Source: a virus. Taken from it: DNA of 64,000 bases. Position numbers and translations under genes: made by a program. The notes below the pieces were generated by a model. It searched no databases, was not told the DNA's origin, and worked only from the letters and a program-made list of their open reading frames with translations. How positions within the stretch are numbered: the first letter of the stretch is position 1; the number at the start of each line of letters is the position of its first letter. The stretch lies in the IMG/VR virus record IMGVR_UViG_3300003154_000001, one strand, 5' to 3'. Shown here in pieces: positions 25,006-31,732 of this stretch.

Positions 25006-25033
25006 ATTTTACTCTTTTAAATCCCCTTGTCAA
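25006..25033 (-). promoter_or_regulatory. sigma70-type promoter (leftward): TTGACA-N16-TAAAAT
   Basis: Minus strand reads TTGACAaggggatttaaaagagTAAAAT, upstream of ORF 24779..24967. Confidence 0.5.
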
Positions 25034-25563
25034 GTTTTATTTTCAATTTTCAATACTGTTATTTGTTTTTTACAAGTTTTGCATACTTGAATATATTTCA
25101 ATTTTCTATATGCTTTAAATTCAAAATTGCAACATTTATAAAGATAATAAAACCTTTTTAGATTAATAATGTTAAAATCAGGGTATAAATGCTTGAATTT
25201 AACTATATTGACGTTAATTAATGGAGTGCCTAGCATTTTAGCATAGTTTTGAAATATATAGCCGTGACTTGGAATATAGTTAATTCTTGCTATATTATAA
25301 CCATATTCCCGATATACCATAAGATGCGCAATTTCATGCAATAAAACGTCAATCCAAAATTGTTTAGAATTATTAATATAGCTAAGTGAAATATAAACAT
25401 ACTTTTCAAGATAACCTTTTTTAGTGCTTATATATGCTTGTGCAATAACGTGACTTGTCTTTTTAAATTTAATCTCAAAGTCATTAAAACCATGTTTATT
25501 AAGTAATTCCTTTGCTAACATTTCAATTTGACTAATTTTATCTTTTTTATCAATAATATCCAC
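25030..25563 (-). CDS. SprT-like zinc metalloprotease
   Basis: LLHEIAHLMVY (HExxH) plus a C-terminal zinc ribbon CCNFEF...CKTCKKQ. GTG start. Confidence 0.65.
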   Translation of the reverse strand: MDIIDKKDKISQIEMLAKELLNKHGFNDFEIKFKKTSHVIAQAYISTKKGYLEKYVYISLSYINNSKQFWIDVLLHEIAHLMVYREYGYNIARINYIPSHGYIFQNYAKMLGTPLINVNIVKFKHLYPDFNIINLKRFYYLYKCCNFEFKAYRKLKYIQVCKTCKKQITVLKIENKT

Positions 25564-25782
25564 TTGTTACCTTTTTTGTATCATTTTATTCTATCTTGTA
25601 TCTTTTTAACTTTTTTATACTCTTTAAAATCCCGTTTTTGCTATCCCGTTTTTATAATCTAATACCTTGAATTTATTAGATTATTCTATTTAATTTTTAA
25701 AACCTTTAAAATGTATCTTTTTTAACCTTTTTTAGTTTACTTATTAAACCACTTGAAATTAATCAAATGGTTTATAAATCAA

Positions 25783-26085
25783 CTATTCATTTAACTTTTG
25801 GCAAAATTCGCAACTTGGCTTTAAGGTGACATTGAGCCTTTCCAGCGTTTCAGTTAAAAGCCTTTCAAACACTTCCCGTTTAACTCTTTTGCTTTTATCA
25901 GCGTCAATACTGTTTAAGTGTTTGCCAGTGGTATTACTCCAACAATTTTCACTTACTACTAAACGGCCAAAAGCCCGAAAAGCAATTACAGTTTGATAAG
26001 AAAAATAAAAATCAGAGTCATTAACAGTCACCCCTTTAGCTTTATTACCTTGCCTAGCATAATCAAATAGTTCAATCTTTAGCAT
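25783..26085 (-). CDS. conserved phage protein of unknown function
   Basis: 100-aa ORF with the core SYQTVIAF...WSNTTGKHLN. Leader TTTAACAAAGGGGTGCTACA precedes the ATG. Confidence 0.6.
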   Translation of the reverse strand: MLKIELFDYARQGNKAKGVTVNDSDFYFSYQTVIAFRAFGRLVVSENCWSNTTGKHLNSIDADKSKRVKREVFERLLTETLERLNVTLKPSCEFCQKLNE

Positions 26086-26239
26086 TGTAGCACCCCTTTG
26101 TTAAAGTTATTAAGTTATAAAAGAACGTGTAAACTATCTTAAAATCAATCTTATAATCATTATAATCAATCTAATAAACCTTTTAAGGGATATAAGGGAA
26201 GGGATTAAACAATTTTAACCCCTTCCCAAAGTCATTAGG

Positions 26240-26512
26240 TTAGCAATCAAATTTGATTTTATCAAGTTTTAAGGCTATTTTTAACCATGCCTTGACAAGA
26301 TAATCACTATCTTGCCAGTTACTTTCTACATGGCTTGCCTTATGGTTAGCAATATCGCTTAGTGTTTCAAGCGTATTGTCAATGCCTAATACATCAATGA
26401 TTGCTTCAATAACATGGCTTGCAAGGTTATATTGATTAACCTTGTCAAGTTTTTGCGCCTCAAGTAAATCATAAACCATGCCATAATAATCTAAATAACT
26501 TGACTGTTTCAT
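26240..26512 (-). CDS. hypothetical protein
   Basis: 90-aa ORF. Leader TTAACCAAAGGGGTTAGT precedes the ATG. Confidence 0.55.
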   Translation of the reverse strand: MKQSSYLDYYGMVYDLLEAQKLDKVNQYNLASHVIEAIIDVLGIDNTLETLSDIANHKASHVESNWQDSDYLVKAWLKIALKLDKIKFDC

Positions 26513-26712
26513 ACTAACCCCTTTGGTTAAGGTTTATTAAATTGTCAAAGAGCCACTAACTTAATATATCACTTGCCTTGAATGATAGCAAGGTATATTC
26601 TAACTACTAACTGCATTATGTTATAGATAGTAACCATATACATTTAATCTAATAGTAATGTCAAATAACCTAATAAGCAATATACGCTATCTAATGTCAA
26701 ATAACTGGTTTA

Positions 26713-26871
26713 TTATCTCTTGCTAGTTAGTTCTAATTTGAATGAATAATCTTTAATCTTATCCAATACATTGACTTTGGCTAACGCTTTAATTAACTTA
26801 GCTTGCCTCATAGCCTTAACCTTTTGCCTTTGCCTGTATGCCTCTATTATTCTTTTGATTGCCTGCATCAT
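26713..26871 (-). CDS. 52-aa basic hypothetical microprotein
   Basis: MMQAIKRIIEAYRQRQKVKAMRQAKL... Weak call, with no clear SD. Confidence 0.3.
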   Translation of the reverse strand: MMQAIKRIIEAYRQRQKVKAMRQAKLIKALAKVNVLDKIKDYSFKLELTSKR

Positions 26872-26881
26872 AGTATTAACC

Positions 26882-27082
26882 TTATTGCTTATTTACTTCA
26901 TTAATTGCTTGCCTTAACGCCTGTAATAACGCCTTGCTTGCCTTTACATTTGACTTTGGTTGATTATCTTGCCTTGCTATTAACTTGCCTTCCCTTGCGT
27001 CAATTATTGGATAGCTATTGACTTGCTTGCTTGCCTTTGCCTTATCCAATATAGCGTTTATTTGTTTATTGTTTAATTTCAT
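26882..27082 (-). CDS. hypothetical protein; first gene of the leftward arm
   Basis: 66-aa ORF next to the divergent control region. Confidence 0.5.
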   Translation of the reverse strand: MKLNNKQINAILDKAKASKQVNSYPIIDAREGKLIARQDNQPKSNVKASKALLQALRQAINEVNKQ

Positions 27083-27771
27083 ACCTATATTGATTGCATA
27101 CCTTATGCCAAGTTTATAAATTTATTATTGCCATGTTATCAATGACTTAACTTTACGCTATGCGACAACTAGCTTGAAAATTGACAACTAAAGTTTACTA
27201 GTCTAAAAATAATCCGTATTATTCAATTAATCCAATATGTTAGCATGTAACAAAAGTTAACACTAGCAGGGAACTAAAGTTACCCTAACAAGTCAATAAT
27301 ATCAATATGTTATATGATTATATAGTTATATCAATAGGTTATACTCTATTGCTACATGGTACGGTTATTGCATACGTTATACACGTTATATAATAGAGTA
27401 GTAGCATACCATACACTACACTATGTTACCATACATTATATTACATTAATATTAATATGTTATATAGCTTATTAGTCCCTTGCATATTCCATGCCATTGT
27501 ACAAACTTGGCCAAAAGTATATTTCAAAATATTATTGTACATTGTAGTTCAATGGTATATCTATTGCATGCTAGATATATAACTACATTACTATATAACT
27601 AATAGCATTACATTAACATACATATATGGTCATTACAATACAATACATTACATTAGAATAGGATATAATACATATAAGGGATACGGTATAAATAGAATAT
27701 ATAGAGGTCCACCGGTAGATTTAGCACAAAGTAGTTTTTACTGGGAGTAACAATTATTACCTAAATAAATC
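27083..27771. repeat. repeat-dense non-coding divergent region (candidate origin or control region)
   Basis: No ORF of 60 aa or more. Motifs: AATATGTTA x3 (27233, 27303, 27454), ATTGCAT(A/G)C x3, CATTACA(T/A)T x4, many GTTATA, and GCATACCATAC, which is also at 22369. Confidence 0.6.
27113..27142 (-). promoter_or_regulatory. candidate leftward promoter TTGATA-N18-TATAAA
   Basis: Minus strand reads TTGATAacatggcaataataaattTATAAA. The -10 element ends about 30 nt upstream of the ATG at 27082. Confidence 0.4.
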
Positions 27772-27800
27772 TTGACTTTAGACCTATTTTATGATATAAT
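27772..27800 (+). promoter_or_regulatory. near-consensus sigma70 promoter (rightward): TTGACT-N17-TATAAT with TGn extension
   Basis: cTTGACTttagacctattttaTGaTATAAT. It is followed by GAGGAG and the ATG at 27824. Confidence 0.75.
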
Positions 27801-27823
27801 GGAATTATAAAGTAGAGGAGAAC

Positions 27824-28144
27824 ATGCTATATCTAGAGATAGAAGAAGTATTACTAGAAGAACTAAATAATTATATAAGTTCAGGAAATATAAAAACAGT
27901 AGAAGAGCATAAGATAGGTAAAGCGTTAGAGATTTATAGCATTACCTGGATTGATCATGTTCAAGCTTATGCAATTAAATATAAAACAGAGAATCAATTA
28001 GGAACATGTACTATAACCTACTTACCTGAGTACATAATAGAAAATATGATAAAAGAATCAAGGTATGAAGAACATGAACAGGAAATCCTTTGGAAGTATT
28101 TTGAGGACTCCAACTCGGATCCTAGAGAAAAGGAAGAAAAGTAG
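27824..28144 (+). CDS. small acidic protein; first gene of the rightward arm
   Basis: 106-aa ORF with GAGGAG 6 nt upstream. Acidic C-terminus. Confidence 0.6.
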   Translation: MLYLEIEEVLLEELNNYISSGNIKTVEEHKIGKALEIYSITWIDHVQAYAIKYKTENQLGTCTITYLPEYIIENMIKESRYEEHEQEILWKYFEDSNSDPREKEEK

Positions 28145-28444
28145 ATGAACGATCATCCCATAGAGATGCGAATAAATGATTATATTTCTCAATATTTCTT
28201 ACTACATGGAGTATTACCTGAAGAAGTTAATCTGCTAGTGTCGGAATATAGAGAATTTAGGAGAGAATTAGAGAGAAAGTTGCCAGTTTATGAACAAAAT
28301 CGCTCATTTGGACTGCCTACAGTAATAACTTATCATGGAATGCCTATCAAAGTGGCACCATACAGTGATATTAAGACCTTTTGGGAAGAAGAAAACGAAG
28401 AAATTGAGCTTTTAGAGGCATTTGACAATGAAATTAACAGTTAG
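28145..28444 (+). CDS. small acidic protein, acidic-tail family
   Basis: Ends EEENEEIELLEAFDNEINS. The ATG abuts the upstream TAG. Confidence 0.6.
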   Translation: MNDHPIEMRINDYISQYFLLHGVLPEEVNLLVSEYREFRRELERKLPVYEQNRSFGLPTVITYHGMPIKVAPYSDIKTFWEEENEEIELLEAFDNEINS

Positions 28445-28712
28445 AATCACTAATTTTGACAAATATTATGAGAGAGAATTGCACTACGGAGGATCTGTGG
28501 CTACCATTCAAACTCATAGACTATTAAAAGATGCTGAACAGGCTATTTTAGAGATGAGCACAATGGCTTTAGTTGATGAAAATCAAAATAAAATCCCATT
28601 TATACTTCCTGAAGAGCAAAAAGTTGAAAAAGAAGCTCAAATAGAGATACAAAACGATGAATTAATTGAGGAATTTGATAATGAGAGTAAAAATTCAGAT
28701 AGTGGAAGATAA
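28428..28712 (+). CDS. small acidic protein, acidic-tail family
   Basis: The ATG is embedded in the GCATTTGACAATGAA of the previous tail. Ends IQNDELIEEFDNES... Confidence 0.6.
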   Translation: MKLTVRITNFDKYYERELHYGGSVATIQTHRLLKDAEQAILEMSTMALVDENQNKIPFILPEEQKVEKEAQIEIQNDELIEEFDNESKNSDSGR

Positions 28713-28944
28713 TTTTAAGATCTATGACCGTCCTAGAGTAGATAAAGAAGCAGACTTTGCTTTTTTAGGTCACTTAAAAGATAATAATATCCACGTTTTA
28801 TCTAATTACTTGCAAAAACAACTAATAGAGTGGCAAGATGGCGATAAAGAGGCTGCAAGTAAAGATATATTCATGTACGAAGCACAAAACGATGAAATGA
28901 TTAGGGAATTTGAGTATGAAACTAGTGGTAATGATAGAAAATAA
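28681..28944 (+). CDS. small acidic protein, acidic-tail family
   Basis: The ATG is embedded in GAATTTGATAATGAG. Ends AQNDEMIREFEYET... Confidence 0.6.
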   Translation: MRVKIQIVEDNFKIYDRPRVDKEADFAFLGHLKDNNIHVLSNYLQKQLIEWQDGDKEAASKDIFMYEAQNDEMIREFEYETSGNDRK

Positions 28945-29149
28945 AGGTAAAGAATATACCTACACAGTGGATTTTATTAAGGAAATTGGACATTATTACT
29001 CCTCAGATATAGCACAAGAGGCAGAAAGACTCTCACATAAGGCATTTACTGATGCTTTTATGGAAGAGGTCTTCGGAGTACCTTCTAAAACAGCTATAGA
29101 GGCAGAAACGGAAAACGACGAAAACATCGAAGAATTTGACAAAAAGTAG
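28916..29149 (+). CDS. small acidic protein, acidic-tail family
   Basis: The ATG is embedded in GAATTTGAGTATGAA. Ends TENDENIEEFDKK. Confidence 0.6.
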   Translation: MKLVVMIENKGKEYTYTVDFIKEIGHYYSSDIAQEAERLSHKAFTDAFMEEVFGVPSKTAIEAETENDENIEEFDKK

Positions 29150-29150
29150 T

Positions 29151-29402
29151 ATGGATAAGAAATATAAAGAATATCATAAGATGCTAGAGGAATTTGAGAA
29201 GAATACTAAAAAACAGACTTCTAATGAAGAAAAGAAACGAAAAGAAGAAATTCAAGTTATATATGAAGAGCTATATCAGTATATGAAAAATAGGTGGAAT
29301 TTACCAGAGTGGTTAGAAGAAGAGGAAAAACAGATAGAATTGGCCGAAGAATTTGAAAAAGAGAAGAAAGTCTCAGGTCCCGAAAAAGACCCTAAAAAGT
29401 AG
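29151..29402 (+). CDS. small charged protein, acidic-tail family (divergent)
   Basis: The ATG is 1 nt after the upstream TAG. Contains EEEKQIELAEEFEKE. Confidence 0.55.
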   Translation: MDKKYKEYHKMLEEFEKNTKKQTSNEEKKRKEEIQVIYEELYQYMKNRWNLPEWLEEEEKQIELAEEFEKEKKVSGPEKDPKK

Positions 29403-29543
29403 GGCTGTAATAAAATGTAGTAGGTTTGAGCATTACTTTTTATTCAAGAATGCATCCAAGGCATTAAAACTGTAGTCAGATACCTATTAAATCCATTTTA
29501 TATACTTATAATCAATGTAACCTGCTGAACTATATAGAAATAT

Positions 29544-29729
29544 ATGAATAATCCTAATGTTAAATATAAACTAATACTTTCTGGTAGAAGAAGTGGTAAG
29601 TCATTTTTAACTAATTACTTTGCTCAATGGAATGATATAGATCCCAATCAAATAACATTTGAGAATGAAATCCAGGAGATAGAGGCTATAAACGAATATG
29701 ATCGCTTACACGATCAAATAGACCGCTAA
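29544..29729 (+). CDS. small protein with a P-loop-like GRRSGKS and an acidic-tail-like motif
   Basis: LILSGRRSGKSF resembles the TerL Walker A (ACGRRFGKSL). ENEIQEIEAINEYD resembles the family tail. Confidence 0.5.
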   Translation: MNNPNVKYKLILSGRRSGKSFLTNYFAQWNDIDPNQITFENEIQEIEAINEYDRLHDQIDR

Positions 29730-29793
29730 AGACGGTACTATACCGCCCAAAATCCGGTCGTCGCCCCCAGGCGACATAAAAAAGGGAGTAGTA

Positions 29794-30003
29794 ATGAAAA
29801 GAGTAGATGCGTTGTTATGTGAATTTAGAACACTAATAAATAGTACAGAACCAAATTCAGTAGATCTTATAGGGGCCTTAAAAGAAATGATCGAGGACCT
29901 GGTTTACGAGGAACGCCTGCGGGCCGTGAATTTAATGACTTTAAAAGGCATAGAATTAGATCGAGAAACTATTTTACATATATTAGGAGATTCCAATGGG
30001 TGA
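29794..30003 (+). CDS. hypothetical protein
   Basis: 69-aa ORF. AAGGGAG lies upstream. Confidence 0.55.
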   Translation: MKRVDALLCEFRTLINSTEPNSVDLIGALKEMIEDLVYEERLRAVNLMTLKGIELDRETILHILGDSNG

Positions 30004-30223
30004 AAATATTAATTATTTCAAGGTAGTGCATGCTTCCTTGGCAGATTTAGAAGACAGACTAAATACATTACGAAAAGAGGGTTATAATATTGTTCAAGTT
30101 CTTCCAACAGGTAGGGCTGATAATACTGAATTTGCTATAGTAACTATATTATCCCCTCATAATCCAAAATTTTTGGAATTGGTAAAAGCAGAAACTGAAC
30201 CACAGGAGAAGAAAAATGAATAA
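29996..30223 (+). CDS. hypothetical protein
   Basis: 75-aa ORF with an overlapping junction. Confidence 0.55.
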   Translation: MGENINYFKVVHASLADLEDRLNTLRKEGYNIVQVLPTGRADNTEFAIVTILSPHNPKFLELVKAETEPQEKKNE

Positions 30224-30512
30224 AAAGTGGATATTAATGGGAATTTTAGTCTTTGGCCTATTATTTGGTAAGCCTGTTATTACTTTAGTACAATCAAAGG
30301 TAACCTCTCTAACCAATGATAAAAATACTGTTAGAATTGAGTGTATAACCGCCTTAAAACAACTTTGTGATGAAAATATCGAACAATGTCGCATAGATTG
30401 CTGTGATTACCATGGAAAAGATCCAAAAACCTGTGTTTTAACGATGGATGAGATTAATGAGTGGATAGACTATATGATTGATGAATGTATGGCAGAGTCA
30501 GAAAACTCATAA
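30216..30512 (+). CDS. exported or membrane-anchored Cys-rich protein
   Basis: N-terminal hydrophobic stretch WILMGILVFGLLFG, then seven Cys residues. Confidence 0.55.
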   Translation: MNKKWILMGILVFGLLFGKPVITLVQSKVTSLTNDKNTVRIECITALKQLCDENIEQCRIDCCDYHGKDPKTCVLTMDEINEWIDYMIDECMAESENS

Positions 30513-30943
30513 AAAAATAAAATCTAATTAAATTCACTAGTTAACTACTTTTAGTAATTATTTTATAAAATTCTTTATACAAATGTGTCCAATACTAGCG
30601 AATAAAGTGATATATATAGGAGCCTTCTATCTGTAAGGCTCATTATATCTATTTTGGCTCATTTGGGCAGAATAGAACACTTATATCACCATCCGTACAA
30701 TTAACATGGCGGATACATTATATTAATCTGGTAATGCCAGTTTATATATTAAATATTAAGTCGTCTAATCAAGTTGGTGTTTATGGTAAAAATAAAGAAC
30801 ATCTTAAATGTTAGACTTGCTACAGATACTATCCCTCCAATTTTAAATCTTCTTTTTCACTTAAAAGTTAATAGATACACCAAGACTAATAGATTAGGCG
30901 AGCGTAACTTATATTTTATCAAGTCTGACAATTAAACTTAATT

Positions 30944-31025
30944 GGAGGACCGGGAGGTTTACGAACGGACTTCGGTTCGTTCATGCAGTTCCTCCCATAC
31001 TTAGAGCAATCTAAGTACTTCCTCC
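30944..31025 (+). ncRNA. GC-rich three-way-junction RNA element (unclassified)
   Basis: - P1: GGAGGA (30944-49) pairs with TCCTCC (31020-25).
- P2: GGGAGG (30952-57) pairs with CCTCCC (30991-96). It encloses an 8-bp hairpin GAACGGAC-UUCG-GUUCGUUC (30963-82).
- P3: ACTTAG (30999-31004) pairs with CTAAGT (31011-16).
- It lies in a 570-bp ORF-poor gap and is followed by a terminator hairpin. Confidence 0.5.
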
Positions 31026-31034
31026 TCGTCTGTT

Positions 31035-31070
31035 GGGCTGGGGTCTTTCTGACCCCAGTCCTTCAGATTT
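31035..31070 (+). terminator. intrinsic-terminator-like hairpin
   Basis: GGGCTGGGGTC-tttct-GACCCCAGTCC (one G:U pair), followed by TTCAGATTTTAT. Confidence 0.55.
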
Positions 31071-31085
31071 TATGTAAGGATAAAC

Positions 31086-31277
31086 ATGATAGTAGATAAA
31101 TTAAAGAAAATAGGCATTCATGCCGCAGTAATTCTTGTTATGGCATTAGGGGTATTTCTAAGTTCTAGTTTTATTTCTATTCTAAAATGGGACTATTTGA
31201 AGGTTTGTTCAGCAATGCTTCTTGGAGCATATGCATTGAAGCCTTTGGCCGATTGGATTTGTAAAAAGGTATTGTAA
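31086..31277 (+). CDS. small two-helix membrane protein (holin-like topology; function unproven)
   Basis: Hydrophobic stretches HAAVILVMALGVFLSSSFI and CSAMLLGAYAL. Confidence 0.5.
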   Translation: MIVDKLKKIGIHAAVILVMALGVFLSSSFISILKWDYLKVCSAMLLGAYALKPLADWICKKVL

Positions 31278-31732
31278 TGGCAAAGATTGAAGAAAAATCT
31301 AAAAAACCTAAAAAGTATCGTAGCGACCAAGATGCCTATATAAATATGGCTCCTACTAAGAAGCCAGACAAGTTGTTTGGGCAAGCAGTAATTAAAAGTG
31401 GTTCTGCTATAGCAACACAGCCAGAACCTAAGTCTAAAAATCCTGTTAAAATAGATTATAAAGAAACATTGAATAATACTAAAGTTTATGAAAATAAAGT
31501 CAATGTTCATCTTGATATGGATGAAGAAAGATTCCCAAAAGAATCTAAAGTTCCTAATAAAAGAAAGTATAATGAAAAAGGGGAATATATAAAGCATAAA
31601 CAAGTAAAGTTAGAATCCGATACTCAAAAAGATCCGAAAGAGCTTACAACTCATTCAATGGTTCAAGTAATGAAAGAACAAGCTTTATCTAATCCTAATA
31701 GAAAAAATGGAAACAAGCGACTTAAAAAGTAA
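31277..31732 (+). CDS. lysine-rich basic protein
   Basis: 151-aa ORF. The ATG overlaps the upstream TAA (TAATG). Confidence 0.55.
   Translation: MAKIEEKSKKPKKYRSDQDAYINMAPTKKPDKLFGQAVIKSGSAIATQPEPKSKNPVKIDYKETLNNTKVYENKVNVHLDMDEERFPKESKVPNKRKYNEKGEYIKHKQVKLESDTQKDPKELTTHSMVQVMKEQALSNPNRKNGNKRLKK

Noticed and set aside
374-25118. Plus-strand ORFs of 60-166 aa inside the left arm: 374..601, 839..1042, 2171..2374, 3817..4020, 5579..5803, 5842..6072, 6479..6721, 7087..7278, 8318..8575, 11328..11636, 11907..12101, 12630..12941, 13009..13209, 13149..13331, 13937..14185, 14663..15163, 17103..17348, 17784..18158, 18455..18793, 19950..20144, 20403..20591, 20579..20788, 24933..25118.
   Set aside because: Each lies antisense to a better-supported minus-strand gene. 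Their translations are low-complexity F/L/I/S-rich strings typical of the reverse frame of AT-rich coding DNA. They lack SD sequences and break the tight operon structure.
26750-27060. Enrichment of CTTGCC(T)T words as possible iterons.
   Set aside because: They fall inside ORFs 26713..26871 and 26882..27082. There they correspond to repeated Lys/Ala/Gln/Arg codons (GGCAAG on the coding strand), so codon and peptide repetition explains them adequately.
27083-27771. Possible CRISPR array, suggested by the many short repeats.
   Set aside because: The repeats are 8-12 bp, irregularly spaced and degenerate. There are no 25-40-bp direct repeats with uniform spacers, and no cas genes are in the window.
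30783-30935. 50-aa ORF (MVKIKNILNVRLATDT...) in the large gap upstream of the structured RNA.
   Set aside because: It has no convincing SD and no motif, and its composition is indistinguishable from non-coding AT-rich sequence. It is left unannotated.
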